A DNA stretch of 55,531 bases, counting the filler, from Blastocystis sp. subtype 4 (taxonomy: Eukaryota): assembly GCF_000743755.1 (NCBI RefSeq). It is 2 parts of 2 records of this genome, joined end to end, with 100 filler letters (N's around TTAATTAATTAA, not from the genome) between each part and the next. Parts side by side here need not be neighbours in the genome. Positions count along the whole stretch, not along the records: positions 27,833 to 55,531 come from NW_014569408.1; 1 more part is not named here. One strand, 5' to 3'. Under the pieces are notes generated by a model, which saw only the letters and a list, made by a program, of their open reading frames with translations, had not been told where the DNA came from and did not search any database. Position 1 is the stretch's first letter; each line of letters begins with the position of its first letter. The translations under genes were made by a program, and so were the position numbers. Shown in pieces: positions 51,888 to 55,531 of the stretch.

Positions 51888-52130
51888 ATGAGCTACGTTA
51901 TGAATATTATTCGTACCTTCCTGGATCGAGAGCCTGGTACATAATTAGATTCGTATTTGTGATGTTTAGCCATGTTCATGGGCTTAACCTTGGGAGTTGT
52001 TGGATGTACTCTCCCCTTCGTAGTGGTTCCGATCCGAAGAAGAATGGGAGGCGCTACTTACTTATGGAGTGATAAGGGTTATCCTTGTGCAACGAACGGA
52101 TACATATTAAATAAGCCTCGAATGGAATAA
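51888..52130 (+). CDS. 69-aa complex I accessory subunit NDUFA3 (B9/NI9M)-like; intron 51937-51969
   Basis: Spliced MSYVMNIIRTFLDREPAMFMGLTLGVVGCTLPFVVVPIRRRMGG...ME*; TGTTTGTT at 52139. Confidence 0.7.
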
Positions 52131-52172
52131 ACGTAAATTGTTTGTTCAAAACTAAACACCTTCTGTTCATCT

Positions 52173-53431
52173 TTATCCTACACTCCCAAAGAGTTCATCT
52201 AAATCCACATTCTGTCCTATGGGCTCTCGGTAGAGGTGTGTTATCCATTTCTGAGTTGGTAAAATGCTACTGAAGACAATCAGCGTACCGTCTGAAATAT
52301 CCGGACTCTGCGTATGTCTATCGAAATGGTTCATCTGATCCTTTGGAAAACCAAATTGATAAATCACGTTTGTTGTTGAATGCGTGAAAGATTGACCTCT
52401 TGGATGTAGATTAAGACAGTACCATTCCTCTTGGGGACTCGAATGAGCAGGAGGCAAATGACAATTACCCACTGCAAATCGAGAAAAACTCCGATGTTTG
52501 TATACGAAGATCCGTTGAACGGGATCCCAAACAGAACCCTTCCCAGGGTGTGTTCGTAAGTAGAATTCTTTATCTCCGATTGTCATATTCTGTCTGGCAA
52601 AGCAATCCTCTGGAGGAGCACGGCAATGAAGATATAAACATTCCTTATTGGTACACGGTACTCCACGAATGAAGTTATTACAATATTTGGTTGTTCCGAA
52701 GCTCGCTCTGAGATTAAACAACACTAAAGTATTTACTTCAGAATATGACCTTTATAATTGTAACCATCGACTGCCATAATACAGTTAAGAGCATCTTCCT
52801 TTGTTTTATATGTTAGATAGCTATTCATCAATCTCTATTCTAAATCCTACAGACCGACAGAACTCATGCGGTTACCTGTTGCTGTATTGGAATTCTTTAC
52901 CACTTTGAGCAATTCTCCATAGCGACCAAACATTTCAGCACTCTTGAGCAATGTTTCATCTACCTCATCCGCAGGCACACCAACGAGATAGACCAAATTA
53001 CGTTGAACGATACGAATGTTACGCAGTTCCTGGACCAACTCTGAATCCTCGCATAAGAGAGGATGATCATCTGTCCTTTGAGGTCGTCCATTATCACTTC
53101 GATTCGCTGAACTCTCATCACCACCGGAATCTTCATCTTCTCTAGGCTTCAAATCCTCATGAGGAAAATACGTTTCTGGAGCATTCACAATGCGGTAATG
53201 ATCTGGATTGTACGTACTTCGACAATTTGGACAACGATTATCCGAATTCACAATTCGGTCCAAACACCACATACACATCTATTTCAGTCAACAATTTCAC
53301 AACTATATTACTTGATAACCACATGGACACGGAAACAAACGATAATCCGTTTCATCCATGGGTTCACAACATACTGGACACAGATGATCATTGTCATCAT
53401 CATATGCTTCTAACTTCTCCTCTTTTCGCAT
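52173..53431 (-). CDS. CNOT4: CCR4-NOT subunit 4 E3 ligase (RING + RRM + CCCH)
   Basis: CPVCCEPMDETD..FPCPCGYQMCMWC..RCPNCR; IRIVQRNLVYLVG; ASFGTTKYC..CTNKECLYLH. Confidence 0.92.
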
Positions 53432-53601
53432 TAGCAATACCTTTTCCTATGAATCATCCCATCGACTATAGTTGAACTTACCTAAAGAGGAAATGAGATG
53501 AAAATCACTTAGGTCCTCTACTTAGAATGGGATCTGGAAGCAATGATGGAGCGCCAGAATTCCAGAATAACCGTTTTTGCGTCTCTTTGTTTTCTCCTCA
53601 G

Positions 53602-55341
53602 ATGATGCTTTCTGCGACGAAGAGGATTGCAAGTTCTACACTTTCGGGTAGAAACTTCACTGGAACTGCTAGAGGAATGGTTTTGAAGGGTTTTATTCGC
53701 TCTTACATTCCTGGAAGAAACTGGACGATTGCCGGAGGTATCAGTTTTCAGAATGGAATCGCAAAAGTTCCGGAATCTTGTGGTTCAGTCTATTCAAGTC
53801 GTAAAACGAAATGTGGAGTCATTGTGCTGAATCGACCGAAGGTGGATCATGTTTCTGCATTTCCTTATTGTGTAGTATGGTAATGCTATGAACAGAAAGT
53901 CCTATAATGACATTATGAAGAATGCTCTCAATGTGAGTGATTATTTGATTCTTTCTTAGTGACTAGTATGAAAGCAATGAACATCTTGGTTCTATTGTCT
54001 TGTTAAGCTCGAATCCGAGGGTATTCAGCATGGGACTCGATTACAAGAGTTGCTTCTTTGAGTCGAATGGAAACAACATGGAAACATGTATTTTAGCAGC
54101 AAAGCGACGGGAATATGATCTTTTGAACCAAATCAGCATTTCTGACGTAAGGGAACTGTTTTTCTTTCACCTAGATCCCCTTCGTTACAGTTATGGATGG
54201 AAAAGCATGTGGAGATGGAGTTGCTCTGGGTCTCGCTGGTCGTTTCCCGATTGTCACAGAAAACACCTCGATTTCCTTTCCTGAAGTGAGGTATGGTTAT
54301 TTCCCGGATGGAGCATCTTCGAAGATGCTTTGTTCACTGGGTGGTCTGGGCATGTATCTTGCTCTCACAGGTGAATCTATCTCGGGATTGGATCTGATTC
54401 ATTATGGAATCTTCCAGAATTACATTGAACGCGGTTTGTATTATCCTTTCTCTTCATTATTAGCATCCCTTGATATTCTCCTTGACGATCTCTCTCTGAA
54501 CCATTCACGTGATCCTCATCGTTTGCAGAGTATTATTGAGACTACAACGATTCCACTACCGAATCCACCTGAAGAGTTGATTGATCGTTATAACACCATA
54601 TCACAACTGTTTAACCCTTGTTTCCATAGTGATTCATCTGTGATGGACTTGATTCGTCGACTTCAGGGTGATGGATCTGAATTTGCAGCACACACCCTTG
54701 AACGAATCCTTCAGAGTCCTTCAATGGGAACACTCCAATTGGTATGGAGAAGTGTGGTTGATGCTGGGAAGTTATCAGTACATGGAACATTGAAACGAGA
54801 TTACCAAGTGTGTTATGTGAGGATCAAATGAAGAGATCATTTTTAGAACTTGTTACAATCAGATCAGAAGAAGGACTATTTGAATGGTATTCGGAATCGG
54901 TTCATTGATCACAAACATGAACATACTGAAGTGGTGATTTCAGAAGAGGCAATTGAAGCAGCAAATCGATTATTCGTTCCTTCTCCTAAGGCTGAATTAG
55001 CTTTGGAGAAGACCAATTTGTATGACATTCCTCTGTTCCATGGTGAGGCCTTGAATTCAGAAGCAGAGTTCAAAGAAGTAACTCAAACGAAGTATGACTG
55101 GAAGCGTATTAGGAAGGAGCTCCTCCATATAGAGGAGGAAGAACCTGTGAAGGATAGTCTTACAGCAGAGAGACGATCATTTGTTCATCCTGTAACTGGT
55201 TTAACTCATCCAGTACCTCTTGAATGGGAAGAAGATATCCATTTTGCAAAGACAAATCAACGACTGGCGAAGCAGGCCCAGTTGGAGACAGAGCGTGATA
55301 TGGTTTTGAATTCTGTTCCTCGGACAAAGTATGAGCAGTAG
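53602..55341 (+). CDS. 3-hydroxyisobutyryl-CoA hydrolase-like crotonase-fold protein with presequence
   Basis: MLSATKRIASSTLSGRNF presequence; IVLNRPK, FPEVRYGYFPDG, LGMYLALTG, DYLNGIRNRFID. Confidence 0.8.
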
Positions 55342-55433
55342 CAGTGTAGGTTTATCATTTGATTTGTTTGTTCAACACTCACCTGTAACTGTCAACAAAC
55401 AGAAAACGACCGCAGAACAGCTCAAAGGGACTC

Positions 55434-55531
55434 TTATTTCTTCTTCTGGTTGATCTTCTTGTGATAGAAGGCAAGTTCCTCATCCTCAAGAATGTAACCA
55501 TCAGCACGACCACTCTGACCAGGACGAGAAC
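55434..55531 (-). CDS. RPS8: 40S ribosomal protein S8 (eS8), 3' end only
   Basis: [31 protein letters not shown]. Confidence 0.93.
   Translation of the reverse strand, partial: SRPGQSGRADGYILEDEELAFYHKKINQKKK

Noticed and set aside
431..55341. Fragmented ORFs as pseudogenes, programmed frameshifts or a variant genetic code
   Set aside because: The breaks examined resolve with 29-33 nt GT-AG (rarely GC-AG) introns under the standard code
1..55531. tRNA, rRNA, snoRNA or transposon sequences
   Set aside because: None recognisable by eye; a covariance-model search would be needed to exclude small RNAs

Overview
Gene-dense eukaryotic nuclear DNA (roughly 40% GC by eye) with about 32 protein-coding genes. 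Most are split by many tiny 29-33 nt GT-AG introns, intergenic spacers are usually under 200 nt, and a TGTTTGTT(-like) motif follows most gene ends. This combination is characteristic of the anaerobic gut stramenopile Blastocystis (inference; subtype not determinable). The main signal is that about 11 genes have no usable encoded stop codon. Each has an in-frame T (or TA/TG) ending exactly 5 nt upstream of the motif, so the stop is created by polyadenylation, a known Blastocystis mechanism. Further observations: (1) two stop-less genes stay open and in frame into the next gene's ATG (MIT-domain gene into GT61; GT77 into aspartate aminotransferase), giving potential read-through fusions; (2) convergent genes share interlocked bidirectional motifs; (3) T at -5 is enriched even where no stop is needed; (4) a NELF-B-like protein carries an inserted bromodomain; (5) a CCCH/TUTase-like tailing enzyme has Tyr at the UTP-selecting His position; (6) a spliced 69-aa complex I NDUFA3-like gene is missed by the ORF track; (7) there is an intronless bacterial-type MATE transporter. 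A 100-nt N gap with an artificial TTAATTAATTAA linker at 27733-27832 splits the window. CDS coordinates span introns and were spliced by hand; family calls come from motif recognition, not database searches.
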